Shown here: piece by piece, positions 40,749-51,129 of the stretch
Layout of the letters: every line of letters starts with the position of its first letter
Position numbering within the stretch: the first letter of the stretch is position 1
DNA from: a candidate division WOR-3 bacterium
Lineage (GTDB): Bacteria > Hydrothermota > Hydrothermia > LBFQ01
DNA length: 64,000 bases
Direction: 5' to 3'
NCBI GenBank assembly: GCA_039802605.1
Contig: JBDRWW010000007.1
Span: forward strand, 14,350 to 78,349
The notes under the pieces: generated by a model
The model's database searches: none
What the model was told of the DNA's origin: nothing
The model's input: the letters and a program-made list of their open reading frames with translations, nothing else
Program-made: the position numbers and the translations under genes

Positions 40749-41152
40749 GGCTACCCAGAAAAAGGCTGTACAAGGCATCAATACCGACGGCCTCCATGTC
40801 CGACATTGCATTCCTCCTTATAATATTCTTTATGACCGTTACCATTTTCAGGAAGGCTAGGGGTTTACCCGTTCAACTCCCTTATGCCAAAACCACGGAA
40901 AGGATCCTTAAACAGAGGGATTTGTCCTATATATGGATTTCCAAGGATGGTAAAATCAGTGTTGATGATAACCTCGTTTCAGCCAAAAGGGTATCTTTAA
41001 TATTCCGGACAAAGATACAGGAAAACCCCGCACTCATAACATCAATTAAGGCGGATAAAGATGTCCCTTACAGGTATGTTTATGATGTTATGGAGGCTTT
41101 GAGGGATGCCAACGCTTTGAGGATAGTATTCTCAACCCGTAAGGGGGGATGA
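40745..41152 (+). CDS. exbD: Biopolymer transport protein ExbD (copy 2)
   Basis: SMSDIAFLLIIFFM, IKADKDVPY. Confidence 0.9.
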   Translation: MRLPRKRLYKASIPTASMSDIAFLLIIFFMTVTIFRKARGLPVQLPYAKTTERILKQRDLSYIWISKDGKISVDDNLVSAKRVSLIFRTKIQENPALITSIKADKDVPYRYVYDVMEALRDANALRIVFSTRKGG

Positions 41153-41799
41153 TGAAAAAGGTTAATTTTATTGAAAAAATTCGGAGTGAAAATATCCTTG
41201 AACTTGAATATCCAAGGGATTTAAATATTGCCTTTACGGTTTCCTTAATTTTAACGATTTTGGTCTCTCTCTTCGGTAAGGGTTGTTCCGTTGAAAACTA
41301 CAATCCGAAAAAAACTTCGGAAATTATGGGGGAAGAAATTAACATACAAGCCGAAATAGAACAACCACCACCTCCACCGCCAAAACCAAAGGTTTCCTTA
41401 CCGGAGGAAATAGTTGAAACCTCGGAGGAACAGGCTGATACCGTAGAAGTTCAAGAGACCATAAACTTTCAAGAGGATGTACCTCCACCGCCCGCACCAA
41501 CCCAAACGGTCTTTGAAGTTTATGAGGTTGATGAACCCCCACAACCCATATTACAAGTTCAACCCCAATATCCGGAAGTGGCCAGAAAGGCGGGTTTAGA
41601 GGGAAGGGTTATAGTTGCCGCCGTAGTGGATGAAAACGGCAATGTGATTCAGGCTACAATCCATAGTAGCACAAATCCGATTTTTAACGAGGCGGCCTTA
41701 GAGGCGGCAAAGAAGATGAAGTTTAAACCCGCGAGGCAAAAGGATATAGCCGTTAAGGTAAAGGTTTTAATACCTTTTGTGTTTAAACTTACAAAATGA
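41149..41799 (+). CDS. tonB: Energy transducer TonB
   Basis: TM helix, Pro-rich linker, PQYPEVARKAGLEGRVIV C-terminal domain. Confidence 0.92.
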   Translation: MMKKVNFIEKIRSENILELEYPRDLNIAFTVSLILTILVSLFGKGCSVENYNPKKTSEIMGEEINIQAEIEQPPPPPPKPKVSLPEEIVETSEEQADTVEVQETINFQEDVPPPPAPTQTVFEVYEVDEPPQPILQVQPQYPEVARKAGLEGRVIVAAVVDENGNVIQATIHSSTNPIFNEAALEAAKKMKFKPARQKDIAVKVKVLIPFVFKLTK

Positions 41800-41813
41800 A
41801 AGGGGGTAGGAAA

Positions 41814-44800
41814 ATGAAGAGGCTTTTTTCATTATTCTTAATTTTATGGGCTGCGCCCCTTTTTGCACAGTATGGTAAAATAGTGGGTAGGGTTACGGAT
41901 GATAAGGGTAATCCCCTACCCGCCGCAACCGTAAAGATAGTTGAAGGCCCTTCAAAGGGAGGTGCCTATGCGGACGATAAGGGTTATTTCGTGATCCTAA
42001 GACTTCCACCCGGAAAATACACCCTTGAAGCCAGTTATATAGGTTATAGATCCCAGAGAATTAAGGATGTTGTGGTTGAAAGCGATAGGACAACGGAGAT
42101 AAATTTCAGGCTTGTGGAGGAAGGGGTACAGGTAAAGGAGGTGGTGGTTGAGGCGAAGGAACCACCCGTTAAGAAGGATGAAACCGAAAGTAAGGCTACG
42201 ATAAGGAGCGAAAATATCCAAAATATACCCGTTGCCTCGTTGGAGCAGGCCATCTCTTTGAGCTCCGGTGTTAGGGTTTCGGGTGGGGTTATACAGGTAA
42301 GGGGAGGTCGTCCCGGTGAGGTTTCCTATGTGGTTGATGGCGTTGAGGTGGTGAACCCGTATACCGGTGTTCAAAACATAAGTTTGCCTCTGAACGCCAT
42401 TCAGGAAGCCAGCGTTAGTAAGGGCGGCTTCGGTGCGGAATACGGTTCGGCTTCCTCGGGTGTGGTGGCCGTATCGACAAAAGAGGGTTCAAACAAATAT
42501 GAGATTTCCCTGCAAATGTTTTCAAGCGTTGGCACAGGTGGCTTTTTCAATACAGAAGTTGGAGATCCTTATCTCAAATATTTTAGGAGGGAATTTTTCT
42601 ACGGGGGTGACAAATACCAAGTTAAATATAATAACAACTATATAAGTGGGGGTGCATATTACGATACCCTTATGAAATTTGACAAAGAAAGGGCAGAAAC
42701 ATACAAGAATAAGCTCTCAGAATTTTCTCAAAAAGACCCATTATTTAAAGATTTTGGATACACGCCAGTGGTTCGGGATTACTACGCATTTCCGTGGAGG
42801 GAAAATTATTTCAGGCCTATTATAGGCTTTGGAGGTCCAATTTTACCATTTTACGACGCCCTAAGGTTTTATGTATCTTATGATTATACCAATACGCAGG
42901 GGAGGTTCCCAACCGAAGGTTCGGTTCAGGGGTCATATCAGGCAAAGATTTCTTGGTTTATAACACCACAGCTAAAGGTGTTTTTCGGTTCCGTTGGGAC
43001 TAAAAGCGGATTTAGTGTGCTTGGATACCCATCCACATTTAGACTTATATTGCCGAGAATACCATATGCGGTAAGGGATGCAAGGCAATACTCTTTTGGT
43101 ATAAACTACGCCCCTTCAACGAAAACATATCTTGAATTCAGGCTTGGCTATTTCTCCACCAAGACGAAATCCGTAACATTTATAGATGTTAATCAAAACG
43201 GTATAGCGGATATGGCGGATAGGGATGGGGACTTTCTCCCCGAGATAGATACCGGTATGTTAAGACTCATAGGTAGGAGTTTAAACCCAACATATGTACA
43301 TGAATCCGACCCCAACGGTTGGGTGGAGTTGAAGTATTTCTGGTGGGAGGATGTACCGCAAAACTATAACCCAACATTTGCAAAGGGAACTAAAAGGCAA
43401 AACTATTTTGTAGGTGTCGTTAAAGGGACAAACGATACGGTTTTACTCGTGGTTGGTGATACCCTTTACGATTCCAACAATAACCCCGTTCAAGTTGATA
43501 CCGTTTATACGGTAAGGAACTGTTATATACCCTATGAGAACAAGGTTAAGCCCTGCACCACAAAGTATGTTTTCTCCAACATTTATACACCTACCCCTTA
43601 CACTTGGTACACCCGCATTTTGGACTTTTTGGATAATAACATCACTTGGAATGGTAGGATAGATCTTTTGGCACAAGACCCATTCGGCCTCAAAGGGCAT
43701 GAGTTTAAGACCGGATTTGAATATTATAAATACTTCCTGAACAGGAGGAGTATTGACTACGCGTCGGGCGGAAATATATACATAAACTATGTTGATGTGT
43801 CACCCGTAAAGTTTGCTTACTACATAAGGGATAAGATGGAATTCGAAGGGTTTATAGCAAATGTCGGTATAAGGTTTGATTACTTTAATCCGAATTCTTG
43901 GTTCCCCGAGAACATAGAGGATCCGGTAAAATCGGTTAATTTTGCAAAGCAAAGCTTTATATTCACAAGGGATTCCGGCGTCTTCTACAATCCGGACATT
44001 AGGGATACATTCTTCCTAAAAAACCCCAAGAGGGCTCCTGCGAGTTGGTATTTAAGCCCTAGGATAGGTATATCACACCCGATATCCGCAAATCAAGTTC
44101 TACACTTCACTTATGGGCACTACTTCCAAATCCCAAACCTTAGGTGGTTGTATAACAACCAGTTCTGGATAATGACGGGTGCGTTTAACGTTATAGGCAA
44201 CCCCACACTCAAGCCTGAAAAAACCATATCTTATGAAGTTGGGGTTAAAACGGCGATAACACCTTGGTTGGTATTTGACATTACGGCCTTCTACAAAGAT
44301 ATAGCGGACCTTGTTCAGAGTAAATGGATATACATAGGAAATACCGGCCAACAATATACTACATTTGTTAACCAAGACTTCGGTTCCGTTAGGGGGTTGG
44401 AGTTCAACCTCTCAAAGACACCCGGAGGGGGCTCAGGATTGCTTGCACCTTTGACTTTAAGCATATCTTATACTTTACAGTTTGCAAAGGCGAGTTTTTC
44501 AAGCCAAACCAGTTCTTATGCATTAACATGGGCGGGCTTGGCCCCGGAATACTCGGAAGAACATTATGTTGATTGGGATGAGAGAAATGTTATAAATGCC
44601 TTAATATCCTACGATATCCCAATAATCAAATCCCAACTCTTAGAGGGTTATGGTATCTCCTTCATTTACACGTACGGAAGCGGTACCCCTTGGTCCCCAC
44701 CTTATAGGGATGTTAGGGATGTTATAGAGAAGACCAACACTCTCAGGTTTCCGGCAAGGCCAAACCTCGATTTTAGGGCTTATAAGAGCTTTGCACTTCT

Positions 44801-44987
44801 CGGTGCAGATTTGAGGTTCTTCGTTGATATATACAACCTCCTGAATTTCAGGTATGAAACCGGTTACAGCGATCAGAATTATTACTACTATTTCGGTGAT
44901 CCCGAAGGCGCTTCTAAGGATCCTACCGTTTGGAACAGGGGTAGGCTAACGAGGTACGGTTTGCAAATAACTTGGAGGCAAAAATAA
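41814..44987 (+). CDS. TonB-dependent receptor with N-terminal carboxypeptidase-regulatory-like domain
   Basis: Signal peptide ...PLFA|Q, GKIVGRVTD, plug VRGGR...YVVDG...GGFGAEYG, SPRIG, LKPEKTISYEVG, C-terminal beta strand. Confidence 0.92.
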   Translation: MKRLFSLFLILWAAPLFAQYGKIVGRVTDDKGNPLPAATVKIVEGPSKGGAYADDKGYFVILRLPPGKYTLEASYIGYRSQRIKDVVVESDRTTEINFRLVEEGVQVKEVVVEAKEPPVKKDETESKATIRSENIQNIPVASLEQAISLSSGVRVSGGVIQVRGGRPGEVSYVVDGVEVVNPYTGVQNISLPLNAIQEASVSKGGFGAEYGSASSGVVAVSTKEGSNKYEISLQMFSSVGTGGFFNTEVGDPYLKYFRREFFYGGDKYQVKYNNNYISGGAYYDTLMKFDKERAETYKNKLSEFSQKDPLFKDFGYTPVVRDYYAFPWRENYFRPIIGFGGPILPFYDALRFYVSYDYTNTQGRFPTEGSVQGSYQAKISWFITPQLKVFFGSVGTKSGFSVLGYPSTFRLILPRIPYAVRDARQYSFGINYAPSTKTYLEFRLGYFSTKTKSVTFIDVNQNGIADMADRDGDFLPEIDTGMLRLIGRSLNPTYVHESDPNGWVELKYFWWEDVPQNYNPTFAKGTKRQNYFVGVVKGTNDTVLLVVGDTLYDSNNNPVQVDTVYTVRNCYIPYENKVKPCTTKYVFSNIYTPTPYTWYTRILDFLDNNITWNGRIDLLAQDPFGLKGHEFKTGFEYYKYFLNRRSIDYASGGNIYINYVDVSPVKFAYYIRDKMEFEGFIANVGIRFDYFNPNSWFPENIEDPVKSVNFAKQSFIFTRDSGVFYNPDIRDTFFLKNPKRAPASWYLSPRIGISHPISANQVLHFTYGHYFQIPNLRWLYNNQFWIMTGAFNVIGNPTLKPEKTISYEVGVKTAITPWLVFDITAFYKDIADLVQSKWIYIGNTGQQYTTFVNQDFGSVRGLEFNLSKTPGGGSGLLAPLTLSISYTLQFAKASFSSQTSSYALTWAGLAPEYSEEHYVDWDERNVINALISYDIPIIKSQLLEGYGISFIYTYGSGTPWSPPYRDVRDVIEKTNTLRFPARPNLDFRAYKSFALLGADLRFFVDIYNLLNFRYETGYSDQNYYYYFGDPEGASKDPTVWNRGRLTRYGLQITWRQK

Positions 44988-44999
44988 AGGGGGTGTGAA

Positions 45000-47309
45000 A
45001 TGAAAAAGGTTCTTGTAATTTTATCCTTAGCACTGGCGCTGCCATTATGGGGTAAGGACAGGTTTCCAAAAAGGGCGGGGGATTTTAGGGCTTTTGCGGC
45101 CGTTAACGATGCATGGTGGGTTTTAACCACAAACGAAATATGGACAACCCTATCAAACTTTGGAGAACACGGAGATGCGAACACGGTTTTACCGGGATAT
45201 TCTTGGCCGGGCAATGCCCCGGGTCAGAATGTATATTATCTTTGGGATGGTAGGGTTTGGTTGGCCGCTTATGTAAACGGAACGAAATATGTTACGCATT
45301 ACGACTACGGCCAAAAGGAGTTTGCCCCAAGTGAAACCAATATGGGTTCGGGTTTTGCTTGGATAGGCCCGGATAAGTCTTCCCTTGATGTTGAGGCCCA
45401 TTACGACGATTGGAGGCGTAATCCCAATTACAGAAACGGCGCAAACGGCTTGGGTGTTAAAATCATTGAAAGGATCCTTGCATGGCCTCAATATCCCTTC
45501 TCTCAATTCTATGCTTATGAGTTGGGTGTAATATACAATAGGAGTGAGGCTTCGGTCTCACCCGCGCCGGATACATTGGAATTTTTCATTGGTTGGCAGT
45601 ACGATGCGGATGTTTGCGGTGCGGATAATACGAGCCCTCATATAGACGACCTCGTGTATTACGACGGGGCGCCGGAGGAATGCGGTATATACTTTACAAA
45701 AACCTACAAAATGGGTTGGGAAGATAGTTTAACCGTTCTTTCGGATACGATTATAAGCCGTCCGGATGGGATCCCCGACGGTTATATCGTTTGGGGTGAT
45801 GACCCTTGGGAAAAGGCGATTACGCAAGCATATTATTCCGCAAAGGGCCTTACCGGGCCCGATAGTTTCCCATTGACGAGGCCAAAGAGGGATGGGAGCG
45901 GCGATACAACGGTGTATTATTACTACCTGATACCGAGGAATACATCCTTCATTTATGATAGCGATAACCCGACTGAGCCGGGTGATGATACCGGTGATAA
46001 CGGTTTGTGTCCCGGTTTCATAGGCATGATGTTGTTATACGCCCCTCCAACATCAAACGACATAACGGGTGTGGGAGGTGGTCTTTCATCCTCTTGTAGT
46101 GGAATTACATTGGCCCGCGGTGTAGACCCAAGGGATAGTATGAGGATAATATATCCGAGGGCACATCAGTGGTGGAACTGGGAAAACGACCCCGGTGACG
46201 ATGCCGCAAGGTTTGACTATATGGTAGGAGACCATCCCGCTACGAGGCCTTATAGGTTCGCGCCACATCCTTATGATGTGGGTGCAAGGGAGTTTGATTA
46301 CAGGTTCTTGCTAACAAGCGGTCCCCACAAAATAGCCGATGGGGATACCCTGTGGTTTGTGGTTATTGGTGCCGTGGGTCAGGGATTAAACGGTGGAAAG
46401 AATACGCTTTGGTATAGCGGACAATGGAAGATGGGGTTGAGGCAAGTAATGGAGCAGGCTTTGAGGACATACTATACGGGTTCGGAGGGTTATTGCGACC
46501 CCGCGCATCCTTGTCCCCCTCGTGGTCCTTACAACGGGAAGCATTGGAGGATTCCCGTTCCCCCATCTTCGCCAACATTGTCTTACGGCCCTTCGGGTGA
46601 TTCGGTTGTGTTGATATGGGATAAAAAGCCGGAATACACGCCAGATCCAATAAAGAATGTTATAGACTTTGCCGGATATGCGATTTATAGGGCATTGCAT
46701 GGTCCAAACTTCAACGACGCTCCTATAAAAATCCTCGTTGATGCCACAAAGCCTTACAAAGATAGCGTTAAAAACTATTGGATGTCAATATACCCCGATG
46801 TACCCATAGAGGAAGTTAATTTTGCGGGCACCGAGAATAGGTATGTTGACAAAAGTGCTCCCAAAGGTTTCCCCTTGTTCTATGCCGTTACGGCCTTTGA
46901 CTGGGAACCATCCATAGGGGCCAGCCTTGAAAGTTCAAAGAACAATTATCTAAAATACGCCTCCGGAGCGCCGAGGCCCATATATGTCGGAGGTTCTCCG
47001 GGTGGGCAAGATTGGAAGGATAAAATAGTTGTTGTACCCAACCCCTTAATAGGTTGGTCAAAATGGTCTGCTACAAAGCAAACCCCCGAGATTCGCTTCT
47101 TCAATGTACCCGCGGGTGCCAGAATAGACATATATTCAGCCACGGGTGACCATATTAAAACCTTAGAAAACAGGTCTCCGGCTTCCGGTTCCATATCTTG
47201 GAACCTCTTAACACCCCAGGGAAGGCTTGTAGCACCCGGCATATATTACTTCCGAGTTGTTGATGAGAAAGGCGAGGATTATGTTGGTAAGTTTGTAATC
47301 TTGAGGTAG
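45000..47309 (+). CDS. Secreted protein with FN3-like module and T9SS/FlgD-type C-terminal domain
   Basis: Signal peptide; VPPSSPTL...VVLIWD...DFAGYAIYR...YAVTAFD...LESSK; C-terminal IVVVPNP...IDIYSATGDHIK...WNL...APGIYYF...GKFVILR. Confidence 0.8.
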   Translation: MKKVLVILSLALALPLWGKDRFPKRAGDFRAFAAVNDAWWVLTTNEIWTTLSNFGEHGDANTVLPGYSWPGNAPGQNVYYLWDGRVWLAAYVNGTKYVTHYDYGQKEFAPSETNMGSGFAWIGPDKSSLDVEAHYDDWRRNPNYRNGANGLGVKIIERILAWPQYPFSQFYAYELGVIYNRSEASVSPAPDTLEFFIGWQYDADVCGADNTSPHIDDLVYYDGAPEECGIYFTKTYKMGWEDSLTVLSDTIISRPDGIPDGYIVWGDDPWEKAITQAYYSAKGLTGPDSFPLTRPKRDGSGDTTVYYYYLIPRNTSFIYDSDNPTEPGDDTGDNGLCPGFIGMMLLYAPPTSNDITGVGGGLSSSCSGITLARGVDPRDSMRIIYPRAHQWWNWENDPGDDAARFDYMVGDHPATRPYRFAPHPYDVGAREFDYRFLLTSGPHKIADGDTLWFVVIGAVGQGLNGGKNTLWYSGQWKMGLRQVMEQALRTYYTGSEGYCDPAHPCPPRGPYNGKHWRIPVPPSSPTLSYGPSGDSVVLIWDKKPEYTPDPIKNVIDFAGYAIYRALHGPNFNDAPIKILVDATKPYKDSVKNYWMSIYPDVPIEEVNFAGTENRYVDKSAPKGFPLFYAVTAFDWEPSIGASLESSKNNYLKYASGAPRPIYVGGSPGGQDWKDKIVVVPNPLIGWSKWSATKQTPEIRFFNVPAGARIDIYSATGDHIKTLENRSPASGSISWNLLTPQGRLVAPGIYYFRVVDEKGEDYVGKFVILR

Positions 47310-47319
47310 GAGGTGGAAG

Positions 47320-48309
47320 ATGATGTGGATATTGTTGGCCCAGGCGGATACATCCGGTAATCCCTTTGCAAAGGTGGGGATAGTGGGGTCCAAGATTTTA
47401 ACTATAACCACATCCCCAAAGGTGGCGGCTCTGGGTGAGGCCGCCGTTACACTTTTGGGTTCAGACCCGTTGCTAATGCTAAGCAACCCCGCATCCGTCA
47501 TATTTGCAACGAATAGGGCCGTTGGAGTCGGTTTTGTCCCTTATTGGGTTCAAACATACATATCGGATGTTGCATACATTCACCCAATGCGTAGGTATAC
47601 CTTAGGCTTTTACATACACGGCGTATATTCCGGGGGGTTTAAGCATACTATCATAGATGAAAGCGATCCAAAGGGTTATAAGGAGTTGGGGACATTTAGT
47701 TATACCGGCATGGTTCTCGGGACCGTCGCGGGTGGAAGGCTAACCGATAGGTTCTCGGTTGCAATAGCGCCAAAATTTATGTGGGAAGGTTTTGGGAATT
47801 TTACAAATGTGTGGGCCTTAGCATTTGATGTTGGAACCTTATACGAAACCGGTTTCAGGGGAATAAACATAGGTATGAGCGTATTAAACTTTGGGTTTGA
47901 CCCTTCCCTCAGCGGAACTTACACGAGGTATATATACAGCGGAGGGGATTTAATAGAAGACACATCAAAATTCTCTTCCTACAAACTACCCTTAACATTT
48001 AAGGCGGGCATATCCTTGGACATTTTCAGGGGTGCTTACCACTCACTTATGGGCATGTTTGAGATAAATCACCCAAGCGATAATTCGGAGTCCATAAATG
48101 TGGGTTTAAAGTATTCATATGCGGGTGATCTTGTATATTTCAGTTTTGGTAAGAAGTTTAGGGATGGGTGGTGGGTTTCCCCAACCCATGACGAACTCTT
48201 CGCCGCGGGTTTTGGATTAAACCTATTTGGCATATCCTTTGATTACTCCTACACGGTTAATTATCGTATGCCGGATATTAGCAGGTTTGGTTTTGTTTAT
48301 ACATTTTAA
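47320..48309 (+). CDS. PorV/PorQ-family outer-membrane beta-barrel
   Basis: LTI..SPKVAALGEA...NPA N-terminal motif, AFDVGTLY, NFG, LPLTFKAG, DYSY, C-terminal YTF. Confidence 0.85.
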   Translation: MMWILLAQADTSGNPFAKVGIVGSKILTITTSPKVAALGEAAVTLLGSDPLLMLSNPASVIFATNRAVGVGFVPYWVQTYISDVAYIHPMRRYTLGFYIHGVYSGGFKHTIIDESDPKGYKELGTFSYTGMVLGTVAGGRLTDRFSVAIAPKFMWEGFGNFTNVWALAFDVGTLYETGFRGINIGMSVLNFGFDPSLSGTYTRYIYSGGDLIEDTSKFSSYKLPLTFKAGISLDIFRGAYHSLMGMFEINHPSDNSESINVGLKYSYAGDLVYFSFGKKFRDGWWVSPTHDELFAAGFGLNLFGISFDYSYTVNYRMPDISRFGFVYTF

Positions 48310-48321
48310 AGGGGGTTGAAA

Positions 48322-51129
48322 ATGAAAAGGTGGTTGTTTATTTCGTTATTCGGGGTTATGCCCCTATGGGCTTTGAACATAGGTGATACCATAGAGGTAT
48401 ATTTACCCCAGTTGCGCTCTTCATTCGCCTGGGATAAATTCCCAACAAAGGCGTATATAGCCGACACGGCATACGGGGCTTATATAGCGGTTTTTAGATA
48501 CAATTTGTACCCTTTCAGGATAATAGAGGTTGCGAATTTTAGGGACTTTCCGCCCGCAGCCTGGGAGGCAGGTCCGCAATGGTCCAAGAAGATAGAAATA
48601 GAGGGTTCAAGTATATACTATCCCTTTATAAAATACACTTCTGACGGCTTTACGGGTACCACCTATGTGCAAACCCCTCCAATAAACCTATACATCACAA
48701 ATACGGTGGATACCGTTGTATTCACATATAAACTGACATACCTAAACCCCAACGATACCATAAAGGTTATGTTTGCCAAGGTTTCCGATACCACCTGTTG
48801 GGTTTCGGCAGGTGTTATCACCCCTTCACCAACAAGAACCCAAGGGAGATTCCCCGTGCCCATAGGTGGCCCTTGTGGTTTATCGGATAACGATACGGTT
48901 TTTGCCAGGATAGTTTTTGTGGATAATTCAAACCTTTCATTGGATACCACAAGGTATTTTGCTATATACGATTTCTATGTTGGTGGTAGAACATATAGGC
49001 CTTACAGGAAAGCTCCAAGAGATGTCGCACCCGATACCCTTTCCATTTCAAAAGCCGATAGCATAGTTTCCGATATTAAAAATGCATGGAACGGCGTTAA
49101 AAGCGCAATAGACAACTTTATGGGTGTTAATCCGTCCGATTTGGTCGATAAGGATGGAAACGGCAGAGTCATAATACTTGTAGGCCCATATCATACGGTT
49201 AGTCCTGCCGATGTCAGCAACTTTCCCGATGCCGCGTTGTGGCCACCCTTGGTATTCTACGATGTATTTGACGAGAACAATGCGGAGATTATATATTTAA
49301 ATACCGCTTGGAACCTTTATTATAGCAAATTCCCAACCTCAGATCCCAATAGGATTGATTATTTGAGAAAGGCTTTGGCGTTTTATTACGCAAAATATGT
49401 TGCTTATAGTGTTGATAGGACCGAAGCGGATACATCAAGGTATTCAAGGGCCTTTATAAACATGAACCTGTCGTTTAAAGCCGCTTGGATTGCCCACAAA
49501 GCGATGGTTAGCTCCTTTGACCCCGATAGTCTGTACTCTTATGCCAAGGGTATATTTAACGATATACTTTATTCGTTTGGAACGGGAGCCGATGCAACAT
49601 ATCTATTTTCTACGGCAACCCTTTACGATGGCAAGATGGCAAGATGGCGCGACATAGCGAAAAATGCAATTTGGATGCTTTACCTGGAAGAGATCACAAG
49701 TGAAAACGATGTCAAAAACGCCATAAGGGAAAGGGATATTCCGTTTATATATTTACCGGTAATACCCAACTCCGCTTTGAACCTAATAAATTCAAGGGGT
49801 AAGACCTTCCAAGAGGCCTATGAAGAATTTTCTTTAAAGGTTTTTGCGGCGGGCAGGCCTTATATTTCAAGGATTAGTGGCTTTCCAACATTTTCAAACC
49901 CGCTACTTAGAAATACCGTTTTATCTTCTAATCCTCCATCCATAAGTTTAAAGGCGAATCAGTTAACCCTTTATTCCGCCACGGCATTCTCTTTTGGCTC
50001 GAGTTCGGTGTGGCTAACATTTGATGGGGATGATAATAACTTTATAAACGACACATTAAGCGGGTATAAGGTTTATGTAATAGACACGGTTTCAAACACA
50101 TTTAACACGTTAAACCTTGATAGCAGAAATAGGGGTTATATAACCAGAGCCCCATCATTCGCCTTGATTATAAACTACGGAAATCAGGGTGTATATGTAG
50201 CGGGGGATAAGGATACAACGGACGCTTTGGTTAGGCCTGTGACCTTGCTAGGTTTCTTCGTACAACCCAATTATGCATTTAAGAGATATGTGGATGTTTA
50301 TGCCATAACCGATACATTTGCATACTTTGACGCGAGTTATAACCGCAGCGCCGATGGATTAGAAGTTATATTCTATCCCAACGACACTTCGAGGTACGGT
50401 TATACCATAATAACACTTAAAGGGGTTGCAAACCGCGTATACGGTGCTAGTACATACCTTTGGTTTAAGGATATAGCGAATAACTCCTATTACGGGCCTA
50501 TATACTACAAGATATACCGCCTGCAGAGCTTTGCCGGATTTGATTATAGGAAGCCCGACAGCGTTTCCGATAGCGGTGTAATACAAAGCGTTAAAATCGG
50601 AAAAGAAATTGTTGAGGCTTATCCTAATTTGTTGTATATGAGATCCCTGTCCTCCGAAAGGGACATACTCGTATTCCATAATCAAAAGGGTGAATTCACG
50701 TTTTCCGAGCCCGTTGATGCCGAAGTAAGGGTAAAGTCTCAAATGGGCGACAGAATTTTTGTATATGACGGAATTGATTGGAAAGAATCGGAGACTTTCT
50801 ACGATATTAATAAGGGTGAAGCCGTTGCTTATGTATCCGGCGCTTATAGGGTTTATGTGGGCAAGGACAAACCTTACAGCTCACCATCAACATTTAAAGC
50901 CTTTTCCGAAGTTGGAAGAGTTAGGGTTTTAATACCTTACAAGTCAAATCTCAACATTATAATATACGGGTTGTCCGGAAGAAAGGTTAAGGAAATAACC
51001 CTTAAAGACCTACCAGCAGGTGGATACGAGTTTAGTTTAAAAGATTTACCAAAAGGTGTTTACATGGTTAAAGTTTTTGCGGGCAACAATAAGGCCGTTG
51101 TGAAGGTTATAAACGGAGGTGGGAGATGA
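48322..51129 (+). CDS. Large secreted T9SS-CTD protein with degenerate M30-like peptidase domain
   Basis: Signal ...PLWA|L; DKDGNGRVIIL...NAEIIYLN...; C-terminal IYGLSGRKVK...LPKGVYMVKV. Confidence 0.75.
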   Translation: MKRWLFISLFGVMPLWALNIGDTIEVYLPQLRSSFAWDKFPTKAYIADTAYGAYIAVFRYNLYPFRIIEVANFRDFPPAAWEAGPQWSKKIEIEGSSIYYPFIKYTSDGFTGTTYVQTPPINLYITNTVDTVVFTYKLTYLNPNDTIKVMFAKVSDTTCWVSAGVITPSPTRTQGRFPVPIGGPCGLSDNDTVFARIVFVDNSNLSLDTTRYFAIYDFYVGGRTYRPYRKAPRDVAPDTLSISKADSIVSDIKNAWNGVKSAIDNFMGVNPSDLVDKDGNGRVIILVGPYHTVSPADVSNFPDAALWPPLVFYDVFDENNAEIIYLNTAWNLYYSKFPTSDPNRIDYLRKALAFYYAKYVAYSVDRTEADTSRYSRAFINMNLSFKAAWIAHKAMVSSFDPDSLYSYAKGIFNDILYSFGTGADATYLFSTATLYDGKMARWRDIAKNAIWMLYLEEITSENDVKNAIRERDIPFIYLPVIPNSALNLINSRGKTFQEAYEEFSLKVFAAGRPYISRISGFPTFSNPLLRNTVLSSNPPSISLKANQLTLYSATAFSFGSSSVWLTFDGDDNNFINDTLSGYKVYVIDTVSNTFNTLNLDSRNRGYITRAPSFALIINYGNQGVYVAGDKDTTDALVRPVTLLGFFVQPNYAFKRYVDVYAITDTFAYFDASYNRSADGLEVIFYPNDTSRYGYTIITLKGVANRVYGASTYLWFKDIANNSYYGPIYYKIYRLQSFAGFDYRKPDSVSDSGVIQSVKIGKEIVEAYPNLLYMRSLSSERDILVFHNQKGEFTFSEPVDAEVRVKSQMGDRIFVYDGIDWKESETFYDINKGEAVAYVSGAYRVYVGKDKPYSSPSTFKAFSEVGRVRVLIPYKSNLNIIIYGLSGRKVKEITLKDLPAGGYEFSLKDLPKGVYMVKVFAGNNKAVVKVINGGGR

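Noticed and set aside
39682..41799. Tol-Pal or gliding-motility motor assignment
   Set aside because: No tolB, pal or gliding genes are adjacent. A typical TonB C-domain is followed directly by a TonB-dependent receptor.
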